Shown: positions 28,873 through 38,544, numbered from the stretch's first letter. The stretch: DNA of 64,000 bases from an uncultured Gemmatimonadales bacterium (GCA_963716255.1 OY970303.1:3424001-3488000), one strand, 5' to 3'. The notes: generated by a model from the letters alone, not told the origin. Made by a program: numbers and translations.

Positions 28873-29476
28873 GGCCGTGCTCCGCCAGGAGGCGCCGGTA
28901 GTCGTCGGGGGTGTCCACGTCCAGCAGCAGGGCGGGCGCGTCAACCTCCACCTCCTCCAGCTCGGCGGCGTACGCGCGCACCACGCTGCGGGCGCCCTCG
29001 GGGAGCGGGTCCGCGAACAGGTCGGCGAAGACGCGCCTGGCGAAGAGCACCGGGTGTCCGTGCTCCCCCGCGTGGACGGCGCGCACCACCGGCGCGCCGC
29101 GCGCCCGGAAGGCCTCCACCACGGCGCGGACGGCGGCGGCGTCCACCCCCGGCACGTCCGCCGGGAGCACCACCGCCGCCGCGGCCTCCGGCGGGAGCGC
29201 GGCAAGCCCGGCGCGGAGCGAGTCCACCTGCTCCGCGTCCGGGCGCGGGCTCACCACCACGCGCGCGCCCGCCCCCTCCGCCGCCTCCGCGATCGCCGCG
29301 GCGGCGGGGTCGTCCGGGGGCGCCGCCACCACCACCACCACCACCTCGCCACAGCCGCCCCCGCGCAGCGCGCCCACGGCGCGTTCCAGGAAGCTCGCGC
29401 CGCGGAAGCGCAGGAGCGGCTTGGGCCGGCCCATGCGCCGCGAGCGTCCGGCGGCCAGCACGATCCCGGCGATCAC
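28859..29476 (-). CDS. MocA/MobA-like nucleotidyltransferase
   Basis: IVLAAGRSRRMGRPKPLL, GHPVLF, DVDTPDDY; adjacent to xdhC. Confidence 0.88.
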   Translation of the reverse strand: MIAGIVLAAGRSRRMGRPKPLLRFRGASFLERAVGALRGGGCGEVVVVVVAAPPDDPAAAAIAEAAEGAGARVVVSPRPDAEQVDSLRAGLAALPPEAAAAVVLPADVPGVDAAAVRAVVEAFRARGAPVVRAVHAGEHGHPVLFARRVFADLFADPLPEGARSVVRAYAAELEEVEVDAPALLLDVDTPDDYRRLLAEHGRGPG

Positions 29477-29776
29477 CGCGGCCCCGCGCTCAGCGCGGGA
29501 AGAGCCGCCCCGGCGACGAGCACGGCGGCGGCCCAGGAGCGGGCCAGGCGGCTCGGGGCGTGCCTCACGTTCGGTTTCCGGTGATGCTGATACGGTCGGT
29601 GGCCCGGTGGGGAGCGGCGCAGCGGAAGCCACGAGGGGTGTCGAACGGTCGTACGAGGCACCTGAACTATGGAACAGCCGCCGGGTCCTGTCAACGGAAG
29701 ACGGGCGGCGGCTGTTTCTTAGCCTGGGGATCGACGCATCCTCCAACCGTAGACCACGGGCAGGCTGGATTTGCTG

Positions 29777-29794
29777 TATAACAGAAGTTATAAT
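29777..29794 (+). promoter_or_regulatory. Operator palindrome overlapping the -10 box of the AbrB-Doc operon
   Basis: TATAAC-AGAA-GTTATA inverted repeat; TATAAT at 29789-29794. Confidence 0.65.
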
Positions 29795-29832
29795 CTAGCT
29801 GGAGCGCCGCACATTCGAACAGGAGTCCGATC

Positions 29833-30069
29833 ATGGAGAAGTCTCATGCTACGATCAAGCTTCGTCCGGTGGGAAGCTCCACCGGCGCCATCTTCCCCAA
29901 GGAGGTGCTCGAGGAGCTCCACGTAAGCTCCGGCGACACGCTGCACCTGGTCCGAACCGAGCGCGGGTATGAACTGACTCCGTACGACCCCGACTTCGAG
30001 GCGGCGATGGCGGAGTTCGAAGTGGTGCGCCGTGAGCACCGCAACGCGTTCCGCGAGTTGGCGAAGTAG
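29833..30069 (+). CDS. AbrB/MazE-type antitoxin
   Basis: KLRPVGSSTGAIFPKEVL...GDTLHL...LTPYDPDF...NAFRELAK; AGGAG RBS. Confidence 0.9.
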   Translation: MEKSHATIKLRPVGSSTGAIFPKEVLEELHVSSGDTLHLVRTERGYELTPYDPDFEAAMAEFEVVRREHRNAFRELAK

Positions 30070-30070
30070 C

Positions 30071-30460
30071 ATGGACGAGCCGACTTGGCTGTCGCGCAGG
30101 GTCGTGGATGCGATGCAGCGGGAGTTGATCGCCGAGCACGGAGGACTGCACGGGATCCGGGACGACGGCTTGATCGACTCCACGCTGTCGAAGCCGCGCA
30201 ACCGGTGGGCTTACGAGCCGGATGCCGACCTCGCGGAGCTTTGCGCCTCGTACGGGTTCGGTCTGGCTCGGAACCACGGGTATCTCGACGGGAACAAGCG
30301 GATCGCCCTCGCCGCGATGCACGTGTTCACCCGGCGCAACCGGTTCGCGATCGCCGTGTCCGAGGTGGAGGAGGTCGCCGTGATGCTCCAGCTCGCGGAA
30401 GGATCCCTGCGTGAGGCAGACCTGGCGGTCTGGATCCGGGAGCACCTGCGCCCCATCTGA
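30071..30460 (+). CDS. Doc (death-on-curing) Fic-family toxin
   Basis: EHGGLHGIRD, NHGYLDGNKR Doc-type Fic motif. Confidence 0.9.
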   Translation: MDEPTWLSRRVVDAMQRELIAEHGGLHGIRDDGLIDSTLSKPRNRWAYEPDADLAELCASYGFGLARNHGYLDGNKRIALAAMHVFTRRNRFAIAVSEVEEVAVMLQLAEGSLREADLAVWIREHLRPI

Positions 30461-30481
30461 ACGGCAGTGCGGGCACCCCCG

Positions 30482-30700
30482 TCAGGCCGCGGACAACACC
30501 GCCTCGGCCGCCACCATCTCAGGGACGCGCGCCTGGAGCCGCCGCACCTCGGCGAGGAGCGCGGGGATGTCGTGCTGTGCCAGGGTGAGCACCGTGGGGA
30601 CGTGGATGTAGCTGCCGCCCACGCCGCGGGCGCGCTGCTCGATGGCGGCCAGGTCTCCGGGGGCGAGGCGCGGGGCGCCGGGGGTGCGGTGGTCGTACAT
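30482..30700 (-). CDS. Small hypothetical protein (72 aa)
   Basis: GGAG RBS, ATG start; amphipathic DIPALLAEVRRLQ segment. Confidence 0.55.
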   Translation of the reverse strand: MYDHRTPGAPRLAPGDLAAIEQRARGVGGSYIHVPTVLTLAQHDIPALLAEVRRLQARVPEMVAAEAVLSAA

Positions 30701-30779
30701 GGGTCAGCTCCGTTGGGTGGGGTAATCACCCTGGAGTCTCGGCACGGCGCCGGGGCGGCTGAAGCGGGGACGCCGCGCG

Positions 30780-31334
30780 CTACCGCCCGCCCCGGAAGTC
30801 GCGGAGCAGGGAGGCCAGCGGCGGCTCCGGCGCCAGGTACTGCTCCAGCCGCGCTCTGCGCAGTGGGTGTCCGGCCGGGACGCGCTCCACCCCGGGAGCG
30901 GCCCGGCCGTCGCGCAGGGTGGCCGCCAGCCGCCACAGGTAGCCCATCTCGTGGCGCACCAGCCCGTAGGCGATGCGGCGCACCTCCCACTGCGCTCCGG
31001 CGGCCAGCAGGCCGTGCGCGCCGCGCACCGACCCGTTGCGGAGGAGGAGCCCCAGCGCGGGCCCGTCCGCCCCCGCCGGGATCGCTCCGGACGCCCGGTC
31101 CACGACCAGCAGTCCCAGGCAGGTGGCGACCGCCTGCACGGTCGCGGCCTCCGGGCGCAGCCCCACCACCCAGGCGCGCCGCCCCCGCCCCACCACCCGG
31201 TACGCGTATCCCGCCGGGGTGCCCGGGGCGCCCCCCGCCGGTCCGCGGACCAGCACCACGTGCAGCCCGGGACGCCGTCCCTCCCCGGCGACGTGCTCCT
31301 CCGGGCCGCCGGCTTCGTGGAGGGCTACGCCCAC
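30780..31334 (-). CDS. Hypothetical protein
   Basis: C-terminal part of ORF 30780-31985; GTG overlaps the permease stop; protein-like composition. Confidence 0.45.
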   Translation of the reverse strand: MGVALHEAGGPEEHVAGEGRRPGLHVVLVRGPAGGAPGTPAGYAYRVVGRGRRAWVVGLRPEAATVQAVATCLGLLVVDRASGAIPAGADGPALGLLLRNGSVRGAHGLLAAGAQWEVRRIAYGLVRHEMGYLWRLAATLRDGRAAPGVERVPAGHPLRRARLEQYLAPEPPLASLLRDFRGGR

Positions 31335-32044
31335 TCCCGCACCCGCACCAGCAGCGCGCCCAGCCCCAGCCAGAAGAGCCCGTACCCCGCCACGTACGCC
31401 GCCGGCGCCCACGCGGGAGAGCCGGTCACCAGCCCCTGGTACACCTCCTGGTACGCCCACTGGGGCGGGAGCAGGAAGAGGAGCAGCCGGTACCCGGCCG
31501 GGTTCAGCCCGGTCTCCAGGAAGAAGAGCGCCTGCGGGAAGAAGGTGGGGAGGAAGAGCGCCAGCGCCACCCAAGCGTCGCCGCGGGGGAGGGCTGCGGA
31601 AAGGAAGGCCATGAGCCCGCCGTACACCAGCACCGACAGGGCGGGGAGGAGGAGCCCCGCCCAGCCGCCGCGGAAGGCGCCCCAGGCGAGGAGCTGCCCC
31701 AGGACCAGGAAGAGGAGCGACACCCCCAGCGCCACGGCCGCGGCCAGCGCCCAGCGCAGGCCGTACAGCGCCAGCGGGCGCACCGGGTGCGACAGGTACA
31801 GCTGGGCGTAGCCTCGCCGGCGGTCGGTGGACACGAAGCCCGCCAGGAAGACGATCATGGCGAGCCCCGCCAGGTAGCTGAGCGTGGCGGAGATCCCCAT
31901 CGGCCCCAGCTCCTCCAGGGGGAGGTCGCCGGCGGCGGCGGCCTCGTGCTGGTGGAAGCCGGGCTCCAGCAGGTAGAGCATCCACACCACCACCAGCAGC
32001 AGCAGGAAGCGCGGAGCCCAGCCGCGCAGCGTCACGGGGATCAC
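31325..32044 (-). CDS. ABC-2-type permease
   Basis: About 6 TM helices; STDRRRGY...LSHPVR; GTGA coupling to the ATPase gene. Confidence 0.8.
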   Translation of the reverse strand: MIPVTLRGWAPRFLLLLVVVWMLYLLEPGFHQHEAAAAGDLPLEELGPMGISATLSYLAGLAMIVFLAGFVSTDRRRGYAQLYLSHPVRPLALYGLRWALAAAVALGVSLLFLVLGQLLAWGAFRGGWAGLLLPALSVLVYGGLMAFLSAALPRGDAWVALALFLPTFFPQALFFLETGLNPAGYRLLLFLLPPQWAYQEVYQGLVTGSPAWAPAAYVAGYGLFWLGLGALLVRVREWA

Positions 32045-32964
32045 TTCGCGGCCTCCTCCGCCAGGACCTGGTGCAGCCGCTCCTCCAGCCCGGCGCCCGC
32101 CGGGGTCACGGAGCGCACCCGCACGCCGCCCCCCAGCAGCGCCGCCAGGCGGCGGCTCATCTCCCCCTCGTCCGCGGCGCGCACCGTCCACGCCTCCCCC
32201 GTCCGCACCGCGCCCGGAAAGGCCTCCGCCACCCGGCCCTCGGGAGCGTCGCCCGCCAGCTCCAGCCGCCACTCCGCCGGCCGCCCGGGGGCGCGCAGAT
32301 CGAGCTCGGCGCGGATGCGCCCCCCCGCCAGCACCGCCACCCGGTCCACTGCGCGCTCCACCTCCGGCAGGTTGTGCGACACCACCATCAGCACCCGCTC
32401 CGGGTCCTCCGCTCGCCACTCCGCCAGCACCCCGCGCAGGCGCGCCACCCACACCGGGTCCAGCCCGTTGAGCGGCTCGTCCAGCAGCAGGACCCGGCGG
32501 GGGCCTACCAGCGCCTGCGCGATCGCCAGCTTCTGCAGGTTCCCCTTCGACAGCGCGCCCACGCGGCGGCGGGCCAGCCCCTCCAGCCCCAGCATCCCCA
32601 GCACCCGGTCGACGCGGGCGTGCGCGTCCGGGACCTCGCCCAGCGCGGCGAATGCGCCGAGCGCGCCGCGGGTCGTCCAGCGCGCGGGGATGGCCACCGA
32701 CTCGGGGACGTAGCCGATGCCGTGCCTTTCCACGAAGGCGCGCGGTGCCATCCCGCCCACGCGAACCTCGCCGGAGGTGGGGCGGAGAAAGCCCAGCAGC
32801 AGGCGGATGAGGGTGCTCTTCCCCGCGCCGTTGGGGCCCACGATCCCCAGCGCGGTGCCGGGGGCGACCTCCAGCGAGATCCCGTCCAGCGCGCGCACCC
32901 TGCCGTCCGCGGCGCGCCACGGCGGGGCGGAGTATTCCTTGACGACGTCGGCCAGGCGGATCAT
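32041..32964 (-). CDS. ABC transporter ATP-binding protein
   Basis: GPNGAGKST, LSKGN, LLLDEPLNGLD, VSH. Confidence 0.93.
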   Translation of the reverse strand: MIRLADVVKEYSAPPWRAADGRVRALDGISLEVAPGTALGIVGPNGAGKSTLIRLLLGFLRPTSGEVRVGGMAPRAFVERHGIGYVPESVAIPARWTTRGALGAFAALGEVPDAHARVDRVLGMLGLEGLARRRVGALSKGNLQKLAIAQALVGPRRVLLLDEPLNGLDPVWVARLRGVLAEWRAEDPERVLMVVSHNLPEVERAVDRVAVLAGGRIRAELDLRAPGRPAEWRLELAGDAPEGRVAEAFPGAVRTGEAWTVRAADEGEMSRRLAALLGGGVRVRSVTPAGAGLEERLHQVLAEEAAK

Positions 32965-33048
32965 GTGCCCAAGGTGAGGGCGCGGGCGGCGGGGACGCAA
33001 GGGCGGGAGGTACGGATCCTGCGCCGCCGCGCCGGCATGAGCAAGAGC

Positions 33049-33876
33049 ATGGCGTACACCGGGCGGGAGCGGCGCCTCCACCCCCGCGGCGGGCGGATGG
33101 AATCGCTCCGCGGGATCCTCTTCGGGCTGTTCCGCTGGATCGGCGGGCACGTCCGCGGCTTCCACGCCGCCGTCGGCGCGTTCCTGGCCATCGGGCTGGT
33201 GTTCGCGGTGGCCGCTGTGGCGGCCTTCGCCACGGTGGCCGAGGAGGTGATGGAGGGGGAGACCCAGGCGATGGACGTGGCGGTGCTGCGCTGGATGGAG
33301 CGTCACCACACGCCGCAGCTGGACATCTGGGCGCTGGAGGTCACCGCGCTGGGGTCGGGGCTGGTGGTGGCGATGACGGTGGCCATCGCCAGCGTGTTCC
33401 TGTGGGTGACGCGGCACCGCTACTCGGTGGTGCTGCTGTGGACGGCGCTGCTGGGGTCGGGGCTGATCAGCCGCACCCTCAAGAGCATCTTCGACCGGCC
33501 GCGCCCGGACGTCTTCCCCTGGCAGGCGCACCACGTGGACCAGGGCTCGTTCCCCTCCGGCCACGCCACCACCTCCATGGTGGTGTACCTGACGCTCGCC
33601 TACCTGGTGGGGCGCCTGGCTGAAACGCACCGGCTGCGCGCGCTCACCCTGCTGGTGGCCGCCGTGCTGATCTCCTGCATCGGGCTTTCGCGGCTGTACC
33701 TGGGGGTGCACTACCCCTCGGACGTGCTGGCGGGGTACGCGGTGGGCTTCGCGTGGGCCACCTTCTGCGCGCTGGGGATCGAGGCGGTGCGCTTCTTCCG
33801 CGCGCGGAAGCCGGGGGTGGAGCAGGTGGAGGAGGGGCTGGAGGGAGGATTGGAGGGGAAGACCGGTGCGGACTGA
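33049..33876 (+). CDS. PAP2 family membrane phosphatase
   Basis: K...RPRP, SFPSGH, SRLYLGVHYPSDV; start uncertain. Confidence 0.92.
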   Translation: MAYTGRERRLHPRGGRMESLRGILFGLFRWIGGHVRGFHAAVGAFLAIGLVFAVAAVAAFATVAEEVMEGETQAMDVAVLRWMERHHTPQLDIWALEVTALGSGLVVAMTVAIASVFLWVTRHRYSVVLLWTALLGSGLISRTLKSIFDRPRPDVFPWQAHHVDQGSFPSGHATTSMVVYLTLAYLVGRLAETHRLRALTLLVAAVLISCIGLSRLYLGVHYPSDVLAGYAVGFAWATFCALGIEAVRFFRARKPGVEQVEEGLEGGLEGKTGAD

Positions 33877-33915
33877 GAGAGCCGCACTTTCGCGCGGCGC
33901 GGCGGCGGTGTTACC

Positions 33916-34413
33916 ATGCCGGCGCCGCCCCGCACCGACCCGTTCCCGGAGGCTGCCGTGACCGTGCTTCCCCTGCTGTTCTCCGCTACGCTGTGGGCGG
34001 CGCCCTGCCCGCCCGCGTCCCCCCGCTGCTCGTGCATTCCGCCGGTGCCCCCGCGCGAGGCGCTGGGGCAGTCGGACGCGGTGTTCGCCGGCCGGGTGGT
34101 GTCGGTGACGGAGCGGCGGGAGGAGGACCCCGGGCACCCGGGCGGCCCCCACCTGGAGGTGCGGATCGTCGCCGGGAGGCGCTGGAAGGGCGCCGGCGCG
34201 GATACCGTGGTCGTGCGCACCGCCGACAGCAGCGCGGCGTGCGGCTACCCCTTCGAGGCCGGCGGGGAGTACCTGGTGTACGCGAGGGGCGAGGACGCGC
34301 TGCGCGTGGTCAGCTGCTCGCGCACGCGGCCGCTGGCGCAGGCGGGGGAGGACCTGGCGGCGCTGGGCGCGCCGGCGGTCACGCGCATCCCGGTCCGCAA
34401 GGAGATCCCGTAG
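33916..34413 (+). CDS. TIMP/NTR-like secreted protein
   Basis: CSC motif then SDAVFAGRV, ACGYPFEAGGEYLVYA, SCSRT; alternative GTG at 33958. Confidence 0.65.
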   Translation: MPAPPRTDPFPEAAVTVLPLLFSATLWAAPCPPASPRCSCIPPVPPREALGQSDAVFAGRVVSVTERREEDPGHPGGPHLEVRIVAGRRWKGAGADTVVVRTADSSAACGYPFEAGGEYLVYARGEDALRVVSCSRTRPLAQAGEDLAALGAPAVTRIPVRKEIP

Positions 34414-34703
34414 CGGCAGGGCCGCCCGGGAGGGCCCCGCGTGGGGGACGGCGTCCCCCGGATCCGAGCATGCCGCGCCCGGCGGCCCGTCGCTGTCGTC
34501 GCATCGTTCCCGCTCCGTCGCCCGTGGTTTCCGCTCCTCCCCGCGTCCGCGTTCCCGCCGTATGATACAGGACGAGGCGGAGGGGGCGATGGTTGCGGGG
34601 CGGACGGAAGCTTCCGCGGGCGAGCCGCCCGATCCACGGGGTGAATGGCGGCGGCCCCGCGCGCGCGACCCCACGGTTCCCGATCCAGCCGAGCGTCTGC
34701 CCC

Positions 34704-35525
34704 ATGTCCCAGCTCCACTACAGCGAGCACCTGCCGCCGCCCGACCTGGCGGGCCGGGTGGAGTGCGTGTGGACGCTGCGCTCCCAGGGGCGGCTTCCGG
34801 CCGCCGTGCTGAACCGGGTGCTCCCGGACGGGTGCACCGACGTCATCTTCGACCGGGGCGAGCCGTACGCCGCCGGCGGGAATCCCCGTCCCCGGCCGGG
34901 CAGCTACGTCGTGGGGGCCATGCTGCGACCCGCCGAGGTGTGGGTGGAAGGCGAGGTGGACCTGCTTGGCGTGCGCTTCCGCCCCGGGGGCGCCGCCGCG
35001 TTCCTCCCGCTGCCGCTGGCGGAGATCACCGACGCCGTGGTGCCGCTGGACGAGCTGTGGGGCGGGCGGGCGGGAGAGCTGGAGGCGCGTGTCCTGGAAG
35101 CGCGCGGCGCGGAGCGGGTGCGCGTCGTGGAGGAGGCCCTCCGGCGGCGCGCCGCCGGGCGGACGACGCACCCGGCCGTCGCGCGGGCCTCCGCGCGGAT
35201 CGCCCGCTCGCACGGGAGCGTCGGCGTGGAGGCGCTGGCGGCGGAGACGGGGACGAGCCGTCGGCACCTGGAGCGCCTGTTCGCGGACCAGGTGGGGCTG
35301 TCCCCCAAGGCGGCGGCGCGGGTGGCGCGCTTCCGCCGGCTCTGCGGCCTGCTGCGCGCCCTGCCCGGGGCGGGGTGGAGCCGGCTGGCGCTGGAGTGCG
35401 GCTACCACGACCAGGCGCACATGATCCGCGAGTTCCGCGGCTTCGCCGGCCTCACCCCGGAGGCGTACCGCCGCGAGCAGGCGCGTGTCGCATCCGTACA
35501 ATACGCCGCCGCCGGCGGAGCGTAG
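34704..35525 (+). CDS. AraC-family transcriptional regulator
   Basis: VLPDGC N-terminal domain; SRRHLERLF...GLSPK, GYHDQAHMIREFRGFAGLTP. Confidence 0.92.
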   Translation: MSQLHYSEHLPPPDLAGRVECVWTLRSQGRLPAAVLNRVLPDGCTDVIFDRGEPYAAGGNPRPRPGSYVVGAMLRPAEVWVEGEVDLLGVRFRPGGAAAFLPLPLAEITDAVVPLDELWGGRAGELEARVLEARGAERVRVVEEALRRRAAGRTTHPAVARASARIARSHGSVGVEALAAETGTSRRHLERLFADQVGLSPKAAARVARFRRLCGLLRALPGAGWSRLALECGYHDQAHMIREFRGFAGLTPEAYRREQARVASVQYAAAGGA

Positions 35526-35580
35526 CTTGGGGCACCGCCGGACCGCCGGCCGCCACCCGAACCCCGAACGACCAGGACCG

Positions 35581-35967
35581 ATGAAGAAGCTGACCCCCGT
35601 GCTGTACGTGGAGGAGATCGAGCCCGCGCTCCCCTTCTGGGTGGAGCGCCTGGGCTTCGCAAAGACCGCCGAGGTGCCCCACGGCGACCGCCTGGGCTTC
35701 GTGATCCTGCAGAAGGGCGACGTGGAGATCATGTACCAGACGCGCGCCAGCGTCCAGGAGGACGTGCCGGCGCTGGGCGGAATGCCCATGGGCGGGAGCA
35801 TGCTGTTCGTGCAGGTGGAGGACCTGGACGCCGTGGAGCGGGCGCTGGAGGGGATCGAGCCGGTGACGCCGCGGCGCAAGACCTTTTACGGCGCGGACGA
35901 GCTGATCGTGCGCGAGCCCGCCGGCAACGTGGTCAACTTCGCGCAGTTCGCGGAGGAGGGCGGTTAG
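35581..35967 (+). CDS. VOC/glyoxalase family protein
   Basis: LTPVLYVEEIE..FWVERLGF, FYGADE, EPAGN. Confidence 0.88.
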   Translation: MKKLTPVLYVEEIEPALPFWVERLGFAKTAEVPHGDRLGFVILQKGDVEIMYQTRASVQEDVPALGGMPMGGSMLFVQVEDLDAVERALEGIEPVTPRRKTFYGADELIVREPAGNVVNFAQFAEEGG

Positions 35968-35992
35968 GCGGACTCGCTGGAGCTGCACGTTC

Positions 35993-36126
35993 GGGCGTGT
36001 CCCCGGCTGTCGCCGGGGTCGGGCTTCGGCTCCGTAGCAGACGAAACAACCGCCTGCAACGGAGGCGAGACCCGGCGGAAACGGCCCCGCCGGGTCTCGC
36101 CCCTCCGGGCCGAAATCCCTCACGCG
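35993..36126 (+). repeat. Structured intergenic repeat family A copy
   Basis: Same scaffold as 10214-10348 with altered stems. Confidence 0.9.
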
Positions 36127-36252
36127 GGCATCTCACCGGCGTCCGCGAATGCGGGCCGCCGCGAATTGACGCCCGCGGCCCCCGCCGGTAAGATCCATCG
36201 CCGCCGGACGCCGCTCCGGCCCACCTCCCACGCCCCGGATGACGCTCCGCCG

Positions 36253-36900
36253 ATGACCCTCCTCCCCCTCGCCACCGCCCTGGTCGCGGGCTTCGCCCAC
36301 GCGCTGGAGCCCGACCACATGGCGGCGGTGACCACCTTCGTGTCCCGCCGCCCGCGCCCGCTGGAGGCGCTGGGGTTCGGGATCCGCTGGGGGCTGGGCC
36401 ACTCCGCGGCCATCGTGGCGGTGGGCGGGGCGCTGGTGCTGCTGGGGGTGCGGGTGCCGGAGGGCGTGGCGCGCGGGCTGGAGTTCGGGGTGGGGGGGCT
36501 GCTCACCGGGCTGGGGCTGTGGCTGCTGTGGAGCGTGCTGCACGGGCGGGCGCACGCGATGGCGGAGCGCGGCCATCCCCACGCGCACGCGCACGGCGGG
36601 CACCAGCACGGCCGGGGCGGCTCGCTGTGGGTGGGGATCGCCCACGGGCTGGCGGGCACCGCGCCGCTGGTCGCGCTCCTTCCCGTGGCGCTCACCGCCT
36701 CGCCATGGGCGGCGGGCGGCTACCTGCTCTTCTTCGGGGTGGGGACCACGCTGGCCATGGGGATCTACGCCGCGGTGGCCGGGGCGCTCTTCCACCACGC
36801 CGGGCGCCGCTTTCCCGGGCTGGGCGGCGCGCTGCGCGCCGCCACGGCGCTGGGAAGCGTGGCGCTGGGCATCGCCTGGATGTACGGCGCGGCGGCCTGA
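36253..36900 (+). CDS. NiCoT/UreH-like nickel/cobalt permease
   Basis: HALEPDH signature, WGLGHS, His-rich loop, HGLAG. Confidence 0.82.
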   Translation: MTLLPLATALVAGFAHALEPDHMAAVTTFVSRRPRPLEALGFGIRWGLGHSAAIVAVGGALVLLGVRVPEGVARGLEFGVGGLLTGLGLWLLWSVLHGRAHAMAERGHPHAHAHGGHQHGRGGSLWVGIAHGLAGTAPLVALLPVALTASPWAAGGYLLFFGVGTTLAMGIYAAVAGALFHHAGRRFPGLGGALRAATALGSVALGIAWMYGAAA

Positions 36901-36955
36901 CCACGCCGGGCGGGACACGAAATTCCAGAGGCAACGGCCTGCCGGCGCTCGCCGC

Positions 36956-36971
36956 TGGCAGGCCGTATGCA
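36956..36971 (+). promoter_or_regulatory. Possible sigma54 promoter for the CDGSH gene
   Basis: TGGCAGGCCGTATGCA fits GG-N10-GC, about 60 nt upstream of ATG 37034. Confidence 0.4.
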
Positions 36972-37033
36972 CGCTGGCGACGGACCTCCGCGGCGCACGG
37001 GGCGCGCGGGCCACACACACGGGAGGGGACGAC

Positions 37034-37321
37034 ATGGCGGACGAGGCACCGGTCACGATCAGGGTGAACAACAACGGCCCCTACTGGGTGGAGGGCCCCG
37101 TCCGCGTCGTGGACGCCGACGGCAACGAGTACGACATCTCCGCCAAGAAGCGCGTGAGCCTGTGCCGCTGCGGCGCATCCACCAACAAGCCGTTCTGCGA
37201 CGGCACGCACTCCCGCATGGGCTTCGCCGCGGCCGAGCGCGCCGTGCGCGAGGCGGAGGGCGGCGCGCAGCCCGGTGCCGAGGGCGGTACGCAGGGTGGG
37301 CAGATGCCGGGGGCGATCTAG
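37034..37321 (+). CDS. CDGSH iron-sulfur domain protein
   Basis: [29 protein letters not shown]. Confidence 0.93.
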   Translation: MADEAPVTIRVNNNGPYWVEGPVRVVDADGNEYDISAKKRVSLCRCGASTNKPFCDGTHSRMGFAAAERAVREAEGGAQPGAEGGTQGGQMPGAI

Positions 37322-37399
37322 CGTCGTTCTCCCCCTCTCCCGCTTGCGGGGGAGGGGGCCGGGGGGAGGGGGCCTCCCGCGGACGCCAGCGCGATGCCC

Positions 37400-37533
37400 C
37401 GCGTGAGGGATTACGGCCCGGAGGGGCGAGACCCGGCGCGGTAGTTTCCGCCGGGGCTCGACTCCGTTGCAGACGGTCGTTTCGTCTGCTACGGAGCCGA
37501 AGCCCGACCCCGGCGCCAGCCGGGGGCACGCCC
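37400..37533 (-). repeat. Structured intergenic repeat family A copy, with a family B palindrome at about 37329-37380
   Basis: Reverse complement of the family A scaffold. Confidence 0.9.
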
Positions 37534-37656
37534 AACTCCGCAGTTCGAAAAAAGCCGTTCGGACGACACCTTGACACCGCCCGGCCGGGCGATTTCGTTT
37601 GCGGAAGCTCCCGGCGGACACCGTCCGCACGACCCCCTGCACAGGAGGATAAGACC

Positions 37657-38526
37657 ATGGCGAGCCGGCCGATCGAAGAGCGTGGGTACGCGCACCCCGA
37701 AGCGCTCGTCACCACCGAGTGGGTGGCCGAGCACCTGGAAGACCCGGACGTCCGCATCGCGGAATCGGACGAGGACGTGCTCCTGTACGACACCGGGCAC
37801 GTCCCCGGCGCGGTGAAGATCGACTGGCACGCGGACCTCAACGACCCGCTGATGCGCGACTACCTGGACCCGGAATCCTTTGCGCAGCTCATGCGGGCCA
37901 AGGGGATCGGGCCGGAGACCACCGTCGTCTTCTACGGCGACAAGAACAACTGGTGGGCCACCTACGCGCTGTGGGTGTTCCGGCTCTTCGGGCACGACCG
38001 GGTCAGGGTGATGGACGGCGGGCGCAAGAAGTGGGAGGACGAGGGGCGCCCCACCGGCACCGACGTGCCCGCCTACCCGGCCACGGAGTACCCGGTGCCC
38101 CACCGCGACGACGCAAAGATCCGCGCCTTCCGCGACGACGTGCTGGAGCACATGGGACGCAAGGGGCAGCTGGTGGACGTGCGCTCGCCGGAGGAGTTCA
38201 GCGGCGAGAAGCTGCACATGCCGGACTACCCGCAGGAAGGGGCCATGCGCGGCGGGCACATCCCGGGGGCGAAGAGCATGCCCTGGGCGCGCGCCGTGAA
38301 CCCGGACACGGGGGAGTTCCGCTCCGCCGAGGAGCTGCGCGGGCTGTACCAGGAGCAGCTGGGGCTGGACCCCGGGCAGGAGACCATCGCCTACTGCCGC
38401 ATCGGCGAGCGGTCGTCGCACACGTGGTTCGCGCTCACGTACCTGCTGGGGTTCGACAAGGTGCGCAACTACGACGGCTCGTGGACGGAGTGGGGGAACT
38501 CGGTGCGGGTTCCCATCGAGAAGTAG
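37657..38526 (+). CDS. Two-domain sulfurtransferase (rhodanese, SseA/CysA-like)
   Basis: [33 protein letters not shown]. Confidence 0.95.
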   Translation: MASRPIEERGYAHPEALVTTEWVAEHLEDPDVRIAESDEDVLLYDTGHVPGAVKIDWHADLNDPLMRDYLDPESFAQLMRAKGIGPETTVVFYGDKNNWWATYALWVFRLFGHDRVRVMDGGRKKWEDEGRPTGTDVPAYPATEYPVPHRDDAKIRAFRDDVLEHMGRKGQLVDVRSPEEFSGEKLHMPDYPQEGAMRGGHIPGAKSMPWARAVNPDTGEFRSAEELRGLYQEQLGLDPGQETIAYCRIGERSSHTWFALTYLLGFDKVRNYDGSWTEWGNSVRVPIEK

Positions 38527-38544
38527 CGTGATGCCTTGAGTCTT

